A stretch of DNA of 64,000 bases from an uncultured Bacteroidales bacterium (GTDB taxonomy: Bacteria; Bacteroidota; Bacteroidia; Bacteroidales; FEN-979). Within the stretch, counting starts at the first letter, position 1. The number at the start of each line of letters is the position of its first letter. Shown piece by piece: positions 17,903-28,469 of the stretch. The position numbers and the translations under genes are program-made. Where the stretch lies: positions 2,979 to 66,978 of the forward strand of contig CAIWXI010000137.1 of NCBI GenBank assembly GCA_903916595.1, given 5' to 3'. Below the pieces are notes generated by a model. The model did not search any database. It was not told where the DNA came from and saw only the letters and a list, made by a program, of their open reading frames with translations.

Positions 17903-19309
17903 TCATCTCTTAAAATACTCATACGCCCCTAAGGCTGGCGAAGCAGGCCGCAGGGTCCCTCTGATATCATTGATTACTCCCATTGGAACTCCTTTGCCTA
18001 TCGCCGGGGAGAGGCTGTCGATCGCATAGTCGCATTTAAAAACATCGAGGAACATTGGCTCCTTGTTTATCAGGCACTCGAGGTAATGGCCGGGATTGGT
18101 GGTCCTGAGTGAAGTTTTTAGTATGGCATGGTCGAACATATATGAGAATGCTGTTCCGGCCACGCTGTCTAATCCGATCTCGTCGGTCTCTGAACCATAA
18201 ACAATGGCATTGCCGAAATATGCTTTAACCAGGTCGTTGGGCACCTTCTTTCCAACGGAATCGTAAGTGTAATTGCTTAATACGATGGATGGCAGTCCCC
18301 TTACCGAAGCAGTCCAGTAATTGCCGACTGTAAGCTGGCGGAAGTCATAGCTCCCTCCTTTTTCAATTCTCAGAGCTGCTCTTCCGCAGTTACCGATAAT
18401 GCAGTTGATGGATACGACGGAAGTGGAATAGGCATATATTCCGTCGTAAAGCATGTTCTGTATGATTGTTCCATCCATGCTTAGCTTTGGGTTTGATCCG
18501 GCAACCAGGGAGTCGATGAGGAGGCCGAAATTCCCGTTTTTAATCACGGTATTACTCAGTGAATTGTTTTTACTGCCTCTTTCGAGGTAAATCCCGTCCC
18601 ATTGTCCCGGAAGGTCCCGGTAATACGGATCAAGCCGGTCGGCCTGTATCCTTACCGGATGTTCCCACTGCCCGTTGATATTCAGAGTGGCTTCATGAGA
18701 GACGGCTATGTATGCTTTTTTATGCAGGTACACTTTGGTCCCGGGAAGGATCGTGAGAGATGCTCCGGTATCAACTCTTAGAAATCCGTAGATCACATGC
18801 GCTTTAAGGCTGTCCCATACCTGATTCCCTTTTAATGTTTTGCTGATGTTAAAGTCGGCATTCTGGCCGCAGGCGGCAAGCTGGACTAACTGACGGTTCC
18901 CATTGGTGGTAAAGACGATGGAATCGCTTACGATAAAGGGCGTAGTGTTATCATTCGGGTTAACCGTTACCTTGACGAAAACAAAGAGGCTGTCGTTTCC
19001 CGCAATCCCGATGTCCTGAACAGAGGATGCAGGATTACCGTCGACATTGATGCGATACATTGAGGCATCCCCTCCGCCAAGCTGAATGCGGGAGACCACG
19101 ACCTTATTGCTGTTATGATTATATACCAGAAGCCTTTTAGTAATCGAGCCTGCCGTAGCAAGCACTGTGTCGAACATCACCGTATCGGTTGAGAAGGAGA
19201 GCACAAGAGAAGCGTTTGAATCAATCTTGTCGGCTTTGCGGCACGACGGCGACCCGGTGATAATACAAAGGGAAACAAGGATCAGGACAAGAAAATTTTT
19301 ACGGTGCAT
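17903..19309 (-). CDS. Lipoprotein with Ig-like and parallel beta-helix regions
   Basis: SPII signal ..SPS-C-RK, FSTDTVMFDTV, beta-helix-like repeats and C-terminal SPAIGKG..LGAYE. Confidence 0.75.
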   Translation of the reverse strand: MHRKNFLVLILVSLCIITGSPSCRKADKIDSNASLVLSFSTDTVMFDTVLATAGSITKRLLVYNHNSNKVVVSRIQLGGGDASMYRINVDGNPASSVQDIGIAGNDSLFVFVKVTVNPNDNTTPFIVSDSIVFTTNGNRQLVQLAACGQNADFNISKTLKGNQVWDSLKAHVIYGFLRVDTGASLTILPGTKVYLHKKAYIAVSHEATLNINGQWEHPVRIQADRLDPYYRDLPGQWDGIYLERGSKNNSLSNTVIKNGNFGLLIDSLVAGSNPKLSMDGTIIQNMLYDGIYAYSTSVVSINCIIGNCGRAALRIEKGGSYDFRQLTVGNYWTASVRGLPSIVLSNYTYDSVGKKVPNDLVKAYFGNAIVYGSETDEIGLDSVAGTAFSYMFDHAILKTSLRTTNPGHYLECLINKEPMFLDVFKCDYAIDSLSPAIGKGVPMGVINDIRGTLRPASPALGAYEYFKR

Positions 19310-19446
19310 GGTTTATGTTTGGATGGCAAGATATGAAAAAATAAGCCCTACTTACTATTCTTAATAACGTCGCCACTAAATTTATCGTATTTTTGCACCA
19401 CCGGAAATTTTTGGTTAAATTTGAATCTTTCAGAAGAACGGTAAAA

Positions 19447-21399
19447 ATGAGTTACATCAAATTTGATAAATATCAGCTGATAAACCTGGAGTATTCTCTG
19501 AAACGCGAGATGCTCAGGTCGAACCGGGCCGGTTCATATGCTAATACGACCATTGTCAACTGTAATACACGTAAATATCATGGCCTGCTGGTAACACCCC
19601 AGCCGGGAATTGACCATGAGATGCATGTTTTGCTATCGACCGTCGACGAAACTATAATCCAGAGAGACGCTGAGTTTAATCTCGGAATACACAAGTACCC
19701 CGGGAATCTCTATAACCCCAAAGGGCATAAGTATATCAGGGATTTTACTTCCGATCCGTTTCCCTTGCTTACATATCGTGTAGGGGGGGCTGTACTCACC
19801 AGAGAGAGCCTGTTTGATTCGAAGGAGGACAGGATTATTGTACGATATACTCTGGTTGAAGCCCACTCTCCGACGAAACTGCGGCTCAAGCCTTTTCTGG
19901 CTTTCAGAAATTATCATACGCTGACCAGGGAAAATATTTTTGCTGATAAAAAATTCGAAAAAGTTCCTAACGGGATCAAGGTAAGGATGTACCACGGCTA
20001 TACTGACCTGTTTATGCAGATATCTAAGGAAAATGAATATATTCATGTTCCCGACTGGTATCATAATGTAGAGTACCAGGAGGAGATGGACAGGGGATAT
20101 GAGTTCCAGGAGGACCTTTATACTCCGGGCTTTTTCGAGATAGACATCAAAGCGGGGGAAAGCATTTATTTCTGTGCAGGTACGAAGGAGATTTCTGTGC
20201 CGGGGATCAAAAGGGCCTACACGGCCGAGCTTAAGAACCGTACTCCCAGGGATACCTTCGAACACTGTCTGGCTAATGCAGCCCAGCAGTTTATCATGAG
20301 AAGAGGGAACAAAACATCTCTTTTACCAGGCTATCCCTGGTTTACGCGATCAGGCAGGGATACTTTTATGTCGCTTCCCGGGCTGCTCATGGTTACAGGA
20401 GATTTCAAAACCGCGAAAGCCATCATAGACCAGATGGTTTCTGAACTCAAAGGACCCTTAATGCCTCATTATGGCTCAGGGAATAATGTAACGTATCATG
20501 CTGCAGATCCTTCTCTGTGGTTTATCTGGGCGCTTCAGCAGTATGCCATGTTTACCCATACCGAGAAAAAGATATGGAAGGAATACGGAAAAAAAATTGT
20601 ACAGATTCTCGAAGGATACCGCGATGGCACTGAATTCAATATTCATATGGAGCCCGACGGCCTGATCTATGCAGGGGTACATGGGATGGCTCTCACCTGG
20701 ATGGATTCTGTAGTGTATGGCAAGCCCGTGACACCACGTACAGGGAAGGCCGTAGAGATTAACAGCCTGTGGTATAATGCGGTTTGTTTTGCCATTGAAA
20801 GCGCTGAGATGGCCGGTGACCGTGATTTTCTCAAGGAATGGTCGGCGCTTCCTGAAACGATCTCCTTATCGTTTATCAAGACTTTCTGGAACCCCGACAA
20901 GAAGTATCTTGCCGATTATGTTGACGGGGAATACAAGGACTGGACGGTAAGGCCCAATATGCTGTTTGCTACTTCAATGCCTTTTTCGCCGATTACCGAG
21001 GAAATGCGTAAAGATGTGCTCAGCAGGGTACGACAGGAACTTCTTACACCCAGAGGGATCCGCACTCTCACCCCGAAAAGCCCTGTTTATAAAGGGATAT
21101 ATTCAGGAACGCCGCAGGAACGTGATTTTGCTTATCATCAGGGAACCGTGAGGCCATGGCTGCTTTGTCATTTTGCCGAAGGATATCTTAAGATTCACGG
21201 TAAAAGCGGTCTTTCGATGATAAAAAATTTGTATGCAGGGTTTGAACCTGTATTGACTGAATATGGCATTGGAACCATCAGCGAGATATTTGATGGAGAT
21301 CCTCCTCATACACCCAGGGGAGCAATCTCGTATGCCGACAGTGTTGCTGAATTATTACGTATGAAATGGTTGATTGATATTTACAGTCAACCTCAATAA
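19447..21399 (+). CDS. Glycogen debranching enzyme (amylo-alpha-1,6-glucosidase, GH133-like)
   Basis: TRKYHGLL, GYPWF..GRD, LTWMD and YHQG motifs. Confidence 0.9.
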   Translation: MSYIKFDKYQLINLEYSLKREMLRSNRAGSYANTTIVNCNTRKYHGLLVTPQPGIDHEMHVLLSTVDETIIQRDAEFNLGIHKYPGNLYNPKGHKYIRDFTSDPFPLLTYRVGGAVLTRESLFDSKEDRIIVRYTLVEAHSPTKLRLKPFLAFRNYHTLTRENIFADKKFEKVPNGIKVRMYHGYTDLFMQISKENEYIHVPDWYHNVEYQEEMDRGYEFQEDLYTPGFFEIDIKAGESIYFCAGTKEISVPGIKRAYTAELKNRTPRDTFEHCLANAAQQFIMRRGNKTSLLPGYPWFTRSGRDTFMSLPGLLMVTGDFKTAKAIIDQMVSELKGPLMPHYGSGNNVTYHAADPSLWFIWALQQYAMFTHTEKKIWKEYGKKIVQILEGYRDGTEFNIHMEPDGLIYAGVHGMALTWMDSVVYGKPVTPRTGKAVEINSLWYNAVCFAIESAEMAGDRDFLKEWSALPETISLSFIKTFWNPDKKYLADYVDGEYKDWTVRPNMLFATSMPFSPITEEMRKDVLSRVRQELLTPRGIRTLTPKSPVYKGIYSGTPQERDFAYHQGTVRPWLLCHFAEGYLKIHGKSGLSMIKNLYAGFEPVLTEYGIGTISEIFDGDPPHTPRGAISYADSVAELLRMKWLIDIYSQPQ

Positions 21400-21411
21400 A
21401 TCTGAGTTTCT

Positions 21412-22704
21412 ATGAAAGTACTCATGTTTGGATGGGAGTTCCCTCCTCATATCACCGGTGGCCTTGGAACTGCATGTTTTGGACTTACAAAAGGTCTGGC
21501 AAAACATGGAGTGGAGGTTGTCTTCGTTGTGCCAAAGTCTTTCGGTGATGAGCCGCAGGAAGGCTTCAAGCTGATCAATGCTTCGGATATTGAACTGGAT
21601 TTTACCCAGACTCTGACCCGGGAATTCCGCGAAAAGATCAGTTATATGGAAGTCGGATCCAATCTGGTCCCATACCTTGATCCGGAGGAATTTGAGCGAT
21701 GGTATTCGGAAGAAGTGATTGAGAATAAACCTGAAACCCACTCGGTATACACCCGCAAATACCAGTTTTCGGGAAAGTATGGTTCTAATCTCATGGAGGA
21801 GGTGTCGCGCTATGCCCTTGTCGCTCTTTCAGTCGCCGCCAGTGTTGAGTACGACGTGATCCACGCGCACGACTGGCTTACATATGCTGCTGGTATCGCT
21901 GCAAAAAAGATCAGCGGAAAACCTCTGGTTGTACACGTGCATGCCACTGAATTCGACCGTTCCGGAGAGAACGTGAACAAGGTTGTTTATGAAATCGAAC
22001 GAAACGGCATGGAAGCAGCTGACCGCGTTATCACGGTAAGCAACTTCACCCGTCAGATCGTTATTGAACGCTATGGCATTCCGGCCGAGAAAGTATTTAC
22101 CGTGCATAACGCGGTGGAACCGGTTGACAAGCCTGATCAGGATGACGTAACCAAACATGTAAGAGAGAAGATTGTGACTTTCCTGGGCCGGGTGACTTAC
22201 CAGAAGGGGCCGGATTATTTTGTTGAGGCTGCCCACAAGGTGCTTCAGCGTGATCCGAACGTTAGGTTTGTGATGGCCGGGTCGGGCGACCTGCTGAACA
22301 GGATGATCAGGCGAGTGGCTCAGCTTAAAATGGGTACCCGCTTTCATTTTACAGGATTCCTTGCAGGACCTGAGGTGGATCATATGTTTGCCATGAGCGA
22401 TGTGTACGTGATGCCTTCCGTTTCAGAACCTTTCGGGATATCACCCCTGGAAGCCATGAGAACCAATGTTCCCGTGGTGATCTCGAAACAGTCGGGCGTC
22501 GCCGAAGTTCTGCAGCATGCACTCAAAGTTGATTTCTGGGACATCGACGCTTTGGCCGATGCCATTTACGGTATTCTTCATTACGACGGATTACGAAAGA
22601 TGTTTGCCAAATACGGGAAGTCGGAAGTCGACAGCCTTTTATGGGAGAACGCGGCATTAAAAGTTCTTGATATATATTACAATGCAACAGGGCATAACAA
22701 ATAA
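21412..22704 (+). CDS. GT4 glycosyltransferase (alpha-glucan synthesis)
   Basis: GWEFPPHITGGLG, HAHDW and SEPFGISPLEA motifs. Confidence 0.92.
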   Translation: MKVLMFGWEFPPHITGGLGTACFGLTKGLAKHGVEVVFVVPKSFGDEPQEGFKLINASDIELDFTQTLTREFREKISYMEVGSNLVPYLDPEEFERWYSEEVIENKPETHSVYTRKYQFSGKYGSNLMEEVSRYALVALSVAASVEYDVIHAHDWLTYAAGIAAKKISGKPLVVHVHATEFDRSGENVNKVVYEIERNGMEAADRVITVSNFTRQIVIERYGIPAEKVFTVHNAVEPVDKPDQDDVTKHVREKIVTFLGRVTYQKGPDYFVEAAHKVLQRDPNVRFVMAGSGDLLNRMIRRVAQLKMGTRFHFTGFLAGPEVDHMFAMSDVYVMPSVSEPFGISPLEAMRTNVPVVISKQSGVAEVLQHALKVDFWDIDALADAIYGILHYDGLRKMFAKYGKSEVDSLLWENAALKVLDIYYNATGHNK

Positions 22705-22713
22705 TATAGATTT

Positions 22714-24051
22714 ATGAGGTCAGTATGTCTTTATTTTCAGGTTCATCAGCCATTCAGGCTAAGGACTTACAGGTTTTTTAACATCGGCCAGGATCACTAC
22801 TATTACGATGATTATCAAAACCGTCATATTATCCGGAGAGTAGCGGAAAAGTGTTATTTGCCTGCTAATCGCATGATGCTTCAGCTCATCAATGAATTCG
22901 GAAAAGCATTCAAGATAAGCTATTCGATATCGGGCACAGCTCTGGATCAGTTCGAGCAATACACGCCCGAAGTGATCGATAGTTTCCGAATGCTTGCTGC
23001 CACAGGCTGTGTAGAATTCATTTCCGAGACCGAATATCATTCCCTGGCTTGCCTGGGAAATGAGAAAGAGTTTATCCGTCAGGTGGAAATGCATACGCAG
23101 CGGATTGAAACGCTTTTTTCGCAGAAACCTCAAACGTTCAGGAACTCTGAGCTGATATACAGCGATTCTATCGGAGAAACTATTGGCAACATGGGTTTCC
23201 ATACGATGCTTACTGAAGGGGCCAAACACATTCTTGGCTGGAAGAGCCCCAATTATATTTATTGCAACAACCTCAACCCCAAACTCAGGGTGTTGCTACG
23301 TAATTTCCGGCTGAGCGACGATATGTCGTTCCGTTTTTCTGAACAGAAATGGTCGGAATGGCCTCTTACGGCCGATAAATTCGTTGGATGGCTCAATACC
23401 ATGGATCCGCATGAAGAAGTGTTAAACCTCTTCATGGATTATGAAACAATAGGTGAACATCAGCAGAAAGAAACCGGGATATTCGATTTCTTCTATCATT
23501 TGCCAAAAGCAGTATTTACCAATTCCAATTTCAGCTTCGCAACTCCGGAAGAGCTTTACCAGAGGCTTCAGCCCATGGGCGCCATTTCGGTGCCTTATGC
23601 CATTTCATGGGCCGATGAAGAAAGAGACCTTACGGCCTGGAAAGGGAACGACCTGCAGGCTGAAGCTTTGTCGAAACTGTATTCCCTGTCTGATGACATA
23701 TCAAAATGTAATGACCCGGTGATCCTCCGCGACTGGGGTTATCTGCAGTCGAGCAATCACTTTTATTATATGTCGACTAAATGGTTCTCGGCAGGCGAGA
23801 TTCATAAAAATTTTAACCCTTATGGCTCGCCCTATGATGCTTTCATTAATTATATGAATGCCATCTCCGACTTTTCGATACGGGTTGAGGAATGCGTTAA
23901 TGCAACCGGTAAGCTGACCGATGAAACGACATCCGCAGAAAAACCAAAGAAAGTTAAGAAGGTAGTGAAATCATCCCCTAAGAAGGCTGCTACTGCAAAG
24001 AAATCTGCATCTGTGAAGAAACCTGCATCTGTGAAGAAAGCAAAGAAATAA
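22714..24051 (+). CDS. GH57 alpha-amylase-family protein with Lys-rich tail
   Basis: FQVHQP, FRNSELIY, MDYET and SWADEERD motifs. Confidence 0.9.
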   Translation: MRSVCLYFQVHQPFRLRTYRFFNIGQDHYYYDDYQNRHIIRRVAEKCYLPANRMMLQLINEFGKAFKISYSISGTALDQFEQYTPEVIDSFRMLAATGCVEFISETEYHSLACLGNEKEFIRQVEMHTQRIETLFSQKPQTFRNSELIYSDSIGETIGNMGFHTMLTEGAKHILGWKSPNYIYCNNLNPKLRVLLRNFRLSDDMSFRFSEQKWSEWPLTADKFVGWLNTMDPHEEVLNLFMDYETIGEHQQKETGIFDFFYHLPKAVFTNSNFSFATPEELYQRLQPMGAISVPYAISWADEERDLTAWKGNDLQAEALSKLYSLSDDISKCNDPVILRDWGYLQSSNHFYYMSTKWFSAGEIHKNFNPYGSPYDAFINYMNAISDFSIRVEECVNATGKLTDETTSAEKPKKVKKVVKSSPKKAATAKKSASVKKPASVKKAKK

Positions 24052-24076
24052 CTCGCGAACTAATTTATCATAAGCT

Positions 24077-27000
24077 GTGAAAGAAGAGTCAAAAATTGCG
24101 CCTGATTACGTTTTCGAAGTAAGCTGGGAAGTATGTAATAAAGTTGGAGAGATTCATACCGTGATCTCAACAAAATGCCTTACCATGGTTGAAGAACTAA
24201 GGGATAATTATATCCTAATCGGCCCTGACGTATGGAAGGAAACATACCAGAATCCTGACTTCCTCGAGGACCGCTTCCTTTATAAATCATGGAGGGAGAG
24301 AGCTGAAAGCGAAGGCCTGCGTATTAAGATCGGGCGATGGAGTATCCCTGGAAAACCTCTCGTTTTTCTGATTGATTTTACTCCGTTCTTTTCGGAAAAG
24401 GATAAGATATTTTCACATTTCTGGGAACATTATAAGCTGGATTCCCTTACGGGAGGCTGGGATTATCTTGAGCCTGCGCTGTTCGGCTATGCTGCAGGCC
24501 AGGTGATCGAGAGTTTTTACAACTATAATTTGTCTCACCACGACAAGATCATCAGCCACTTTCATGAATGGACCTGCGGCACCGGCCTTCTTTATATAAA
24601 GGAGAAAGTACCTCAGTCGGGAACAGTATTTACAGCCCATTCCACCGTGATCGGAAGAAATATTGCAATAAACAATCTTCCGCTTTACAAAAATTTCGAT
24701 CAGTATCATGCTGAATCCATTGCCAAACAGTTTGGAATTGTTTCAAAATACTCACTTGAAAAGTTAGCTGCAGCTGAAACTGATGTTCTTACTACTCTTT
24801 CTTCCCTGACTGATGATGAATGCAGGAATTTTCTTGGAAAACCCGCGGATGTTATTACACCAAACGGTTTTGAAGACAGTTTGGTTCCTGTAAAGGAAAC
24901 CTATTATAAGAAAAGGGCAGAAGCCCGGAACAAATTGCTACAGGTTGCTGAAGCTTTGACTGGTCAGCCTGTTGCGAAAAGCAGTATTCTTCTCCTTACA
25001 AGTGGCCCGTATGAGCAGAAGAGCCGGGGGTATGATCTTTTTATTGAAGCCTTATCGAGGATCAACGCCCAGGCCCGGATACCCGAGACCGTGATTGCAT
25101 TTATTATGGTTCCTACCGATGAATCAGGACCGAGAAAGGAACTTCTGGAATGGATGTCGAGAAAAGACATCAACAGTCCGCGGTCGGAACAGTTTCTAAC
25201 CCATGTGCTGAATGAGCCTGACCATGACTGGATTCTTAAGAAACTTAAACAGAGTAAGATGCAGAACCGACCGGAAGATAAGGTCAAAGTGTTCTACGTG
25301 CCTTCTATTCTGAATGGGACCGACGGAGTTTTCAACCTTTCTTACTATGACATCCTGGTTGGTTTTGACGGGACTATCTTTCCTTCATATTATGAGCCCT
25401 GGGGTTATTCTTCACAGGAGAGTCTTTCATTTCACATCCCAACGATAACCACAACCCTGACCGGATTCGGTCAATGGGTAAAGAATCTGTACCCGAATGT
25501 TAAGGATTCCATTGCTGTCATCAACAGGGATGATGACAATGACAGTGAAGTGATAGAGGAGATCGTAAAGACGGTTACGGGATGTGCTCTGAAGACCGAA
25601 AAAGAGATTATCAGGCTCAGAATCAAAGCATATGAAATTTCAAGATCAGCATTGTGGGAGAATCTGATTTCATATTACCACGAAGCGTACAGTCTGGCCC
25701 TCGAAAAATCGCTGGGCCGTGGGGAGATGTACGCGGGAAAGCAGCCGCAGATCATTTCACCTTCGCCGAACACTATCTCGAATGTACGGCCTGATTGGAA
25801 AAAAGTACTGGTAAAGCAGAGGTTGCCGGAAAATCTGGCCAGCCTTGACCGAATTGCAAAGAACCTCTGGTGGTGCTGGCATTACGAGGGATCTGAACTG
25901 TTTGAGATGGTAAACCGTGAAAAGTGGTACGAACTTAAATTCAATCCCATCGCTTTGCTGGAATCTCTTTCATATAAAGAGCTGCAGGAACTCAGTCACA
26001 ATGCGGAATTTGTTGCCCGGCTTGAAAAAGTCACGGCAAAGCTTGAAAACTACATGGCCAGGGGAGATGACAAACCCAGGGAGATGATAGCGTATTTCAG
26101 CATGGAATACGGGCTTCACGACACTATAAAGATTTTCTCGGGTGGTCTGGGTATGCTGGCTGGCGACTATCTTAAAGAAGCCAGTGATTCGAATGTGAAC
26201 CTTGTAGGTATAGGCCTTTTATACAGGTACGGCTATTTTATGCAGACTCTCAACCTGGCCGGGGATCAGATTGCCAACTATACTCCCCAGAAGTTTTCAC
26301 AGCTTCCGATCATGCCCGTATATGATGAGGCCGGCAACTGGCTGAAGATTTTATTTGCCCTGCCCGGCAGGAACCTGTATGCCAAGATCTGGAGAGTGGA
26401 TGTGGGAAGGATCCCCTTGTTCCTGCTCGATACCGATATTGAGGAAAACGATGATAGTTACCGCAGCATCACTCATCAGTTATATGGTGGTGATCTGGAG
26501 AACCGTATCCGCCAGGAAATCGTTCTGGGGATTGGAGGTATCAGGCTTCTGGATCTTCTCAAAATAAAACCTGATGTATATCACAGCAACGAAGGCCATT
26601 CTGCTTTTATTGGCCTTGAAAGGCTGCGTAAGCTGATACAGAATGAGAAGCTTACTTTTGTTCAGGCCATGGAAGTTGTACGATCATCTACTTTGTTTAC
26701 AACACATACGCCTGTCCCTGCCGGACATGATGCTTTTCCGGAAGATATGATGAGAAGATATTTCTCTCATTATCCTGATCTTCTTAATATCAAATGGGAA
26801 CAGTTACTGAACCTCGGCAGGATGGTCGACAATAATCCTGATGAAAAATTTTCGATGAGTGTGCTCGCGGCCAAGTGCTCCCAGGAGATCAACGGGGTAA
26901 GCAGGATCCACGGACGCGTTACAAAGGATCTGTTTCAGCCGTTGTATCCGGGCTATTATGCCAGTGAGTTGCATATCGGATATGTAACGAACGGGGTTCA

Positions 27001-28324
27001 TTATCCTACCTGGACTGCTAAATCATGGCAGCAACTTTATAAGAAAACATTCGGTGAGGGTTTCCTGAATGACCAGTCAAATCCTGAATACTGGAGAAAG
27101 ATTCAGAATGTTGACGATAGTGTAATCTGGCAAACACGTCAGAAACAGAAAGACCAGCTTACCGAATTCCTGCATCAGCGGTTATATGTTAATATGACAG
27201 GACGGCATGAGAATCCAAAGCTTATCTTTCAGATGAGGGAAGCAGCCCGTCCGCAGGCCCTTACTATTGGCTTTGCCCGAAGGTTCGCAACCTATAAACG
27301 GGCTCATCTGCTGTTTTCCAACCTCGACCGCCTTGGCCGGATTGTAAATAATACAGAAAAACCTGTACGCTTTTTGTTCGCAGGAAAAGCCCATCCGAAC
27401 GATAAAGCAGGGCAGGACCTGATAAAAAGGATTATTGAAGTTTCGAGGATGCCTGCTTTCCTTGGCAAGATCATGTTCATTGAAAATTATGACATGGAAC
27501 TTGCCAAATACCTTATAAGGGGAGTGGATATATGGCTTAATACACCGACCAGACCTCTGGAGGCCTCTGGGACAAGTGGAGAGAAGGCCGTGATGAACGG
27601 TGTTGTTAATTTTAGTGTCCTCGACGGATGGTGGGCCGAAGGGTACCGGGCCGATGCAGGCTGGGCCTTGCAGGAAGAGGCAACGTACGATAATCCGGCA
27701 TTCCAGGATGACCTTGACGCAGAAGTAATTTATTCTATACTCGAAGAGGAGATCGTACCTATTTACTACGACAGGGATTCTAATGGGATACCGGTAAAAT
27801 GGATATCCTACATAAAAAATACTATTGCCGAGATAGCGCCTCATTTTACCATGAAACGGCAGCTCGACGACTACTATCGTCAATACTATTCCAAACTGTT
27901 TAAAAGGTCAAGGATCATAACGGGTAAAAATTATGAAATGGCCCGGCATATCGCTTCATGGAAAAGGAAAGTTCTGAGAGGATGGGATGGTATCGAGATC
28001 GTTTCACAGAAAACCCCGTATTCGGAACAGAAACCATTGTCGCTGGGTGATGTTTTTTCTGCCGAGATCATTCTTAATCTTAACGAATTGTCTGCAACCG
28101 ACGTGGGTATTGAAGTCCTGTTCGGGCGGAAACTCAATGATCTTGTTGAAACTCCAATATTTATTGAAGAAATGAACCTGTCGAGGTCAGAGAAAAATAT
28201 CGCTGTGTTTGAATGTAATATTCCGATCAACGAGGCAGGGGTTTATGACTTCGCTTTCCGCCTCTTCCCGAAGAGTCCATTATTGCCGCACAGGCAGGAC
28301 TTTGCGTTGGTGAAATGGATCTAG
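24077..28324 (+). CDS. glgP: GT3 glycogen-synthase-like domain fused to alpha-glucan phosphorylase
   Basis: N-terminal FEVSWEV and PSYYEPWGY; C-terminal YFSMEYG, GGLGMLAGD and EASGTSGEKA; GTG start. Confidence 0.93.
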   Translation: MKEESKIAPDYVFEVSWEVCNKVGEIHTVISTKCLTMVEELRDNYILIGPDVWKETYQNPDFLEDRFLYKSWRERAESEGLRIKIGRWSIPGKPLVFLIDFTPFFSEKDKIFSHFWEHYKLDSLTGGWDYLEPALFGYAAGQVIESFYNYNLSHHDKIISHFHEWTCGTGLLYIKEKVPQSGTVFTAHSTVIGRNIAINNLPLYKNFDQYHAESIAKQFGIVSKYSLEKLAAAETDVLTTLSSLTDDECRNFLGKPADVITPNGFEDSLVPVKETYYKKRAEARNKLLQVAEALTGQPVAKSSILLLTSGPYEQKSRGYDLFIEALSRINAQARIPETVIAFIMVPTDESGPRKELLEWMSRKDINSPRSEQFLTHVLNEPDHDWILKKLKQSKMQNRPEDKVKVFYVPSILNGTDGVFNLSYYDILVGFDGTIFPSYYEPWGYSSQESLSFHIPTITTTLTGFGQWVKNLYPNVKDSIAVINRDDDNDSEVIEEIVKTVTGCALKTEKEIIRLRIKAYEISRSALWENLISYYHEAYSLALEKSLGRGEMYAGKQPQIISPSPNTISNVRPDWKKVLVKQRLPENLASLDRIAKNLWWCWHYEGSELFEMVNREKWYELKFNPIALLESLSYKELQELSHNAEFVARLEKVTAKLENYMARGDDKPREMIAYFSMEYGLHDTIKIFSGGLGMLAGDYLKEASDSNVNLVGIGLLYRYGYFMQTLNLAGDQIANYTPQKFSQLPIMPVYDEAGNWLKILFALPGRNLYAKIWRVDVGRIPLFLLDTDIEENDDSYRSITHQLYGGDLENRIRQEIVLGIGGIRLLDLLKIKPDVYHSNEGHSAFIGLERLRKLIQNEKLTFVQAMEVVRSSTLFTTHTPVPAGHDAFPEDMMRRYFSHYPDLLNIKWEQLLNLGRMVDNNPDEKFSMSVLAAKCSQEINGVSRIHGRVTKDLFQPLYPGYYASELHIGYVTNGVHYPTWTAKSWQQLYKKTFGEGFLNDQSNPEYWRKIQNVDDSVIWQTRQKQKDQLTEFLHQRLYVNMTGRHENPKLIFQMREAARPQALTIGFARRFATYKRAHLLFSNLDRLGRIVNNTEKPVRFLFAGKAHPNDKAGQDLIKRIIEVSRMPAFLGKIMFIENYDMELAKYLIRGVDIWLNTPTRPLEASGTSGEKAVMNGVVNFSVLDGWWAEGYRADAGWALQEEATYDNPAFQDDLDAEVIYSILEEEIVPIYYDRDSNGIPVKWISYIKNTIAEIAPHFTMKRQLDDYYRQYYSKLFKRSRIITGKNYEMARHIASWKRKVLRGWDGIEIVSQKTPYSEQKPLSLGDVFSAEIILNLNELSATDVGIEVLFGRKLNDLVETPIFIEEMNLSRSEKNIAVFECNIPINEAGVYDFAFRLFPKSPLLPHRQDFALVKWI

Positions 28325-28330
28325 GGAAGA

Positions 28331-28442
28331 ACGATGTACGATGTACGATGTACGATGTACGATGTACGATGTACGATGTACGATGTACGATGTACGATGT
28401 ACGATGTACGATGTACGATGTACGATGTACGATGTACGATGT
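28331..28442 (+). repeat. (ACGATGT)x16 perfect heptamer tandem repeat
   Basis: Read directly; lies between glgP and fabG. Confidence 0.97.
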
Positions 28443-28469
28443 AATTAGATTAATAATAAACATTAAAGC

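Noticed and set aside
28331-28442. Possible CRISPR array
   Set aside because: No spacers, 7-nt unit and no cas genes in the window.
28227-28463. ORF with (SYIVHRT)n
   Set aside because: Translation artefact of the heptamer array, antisense to glgP.
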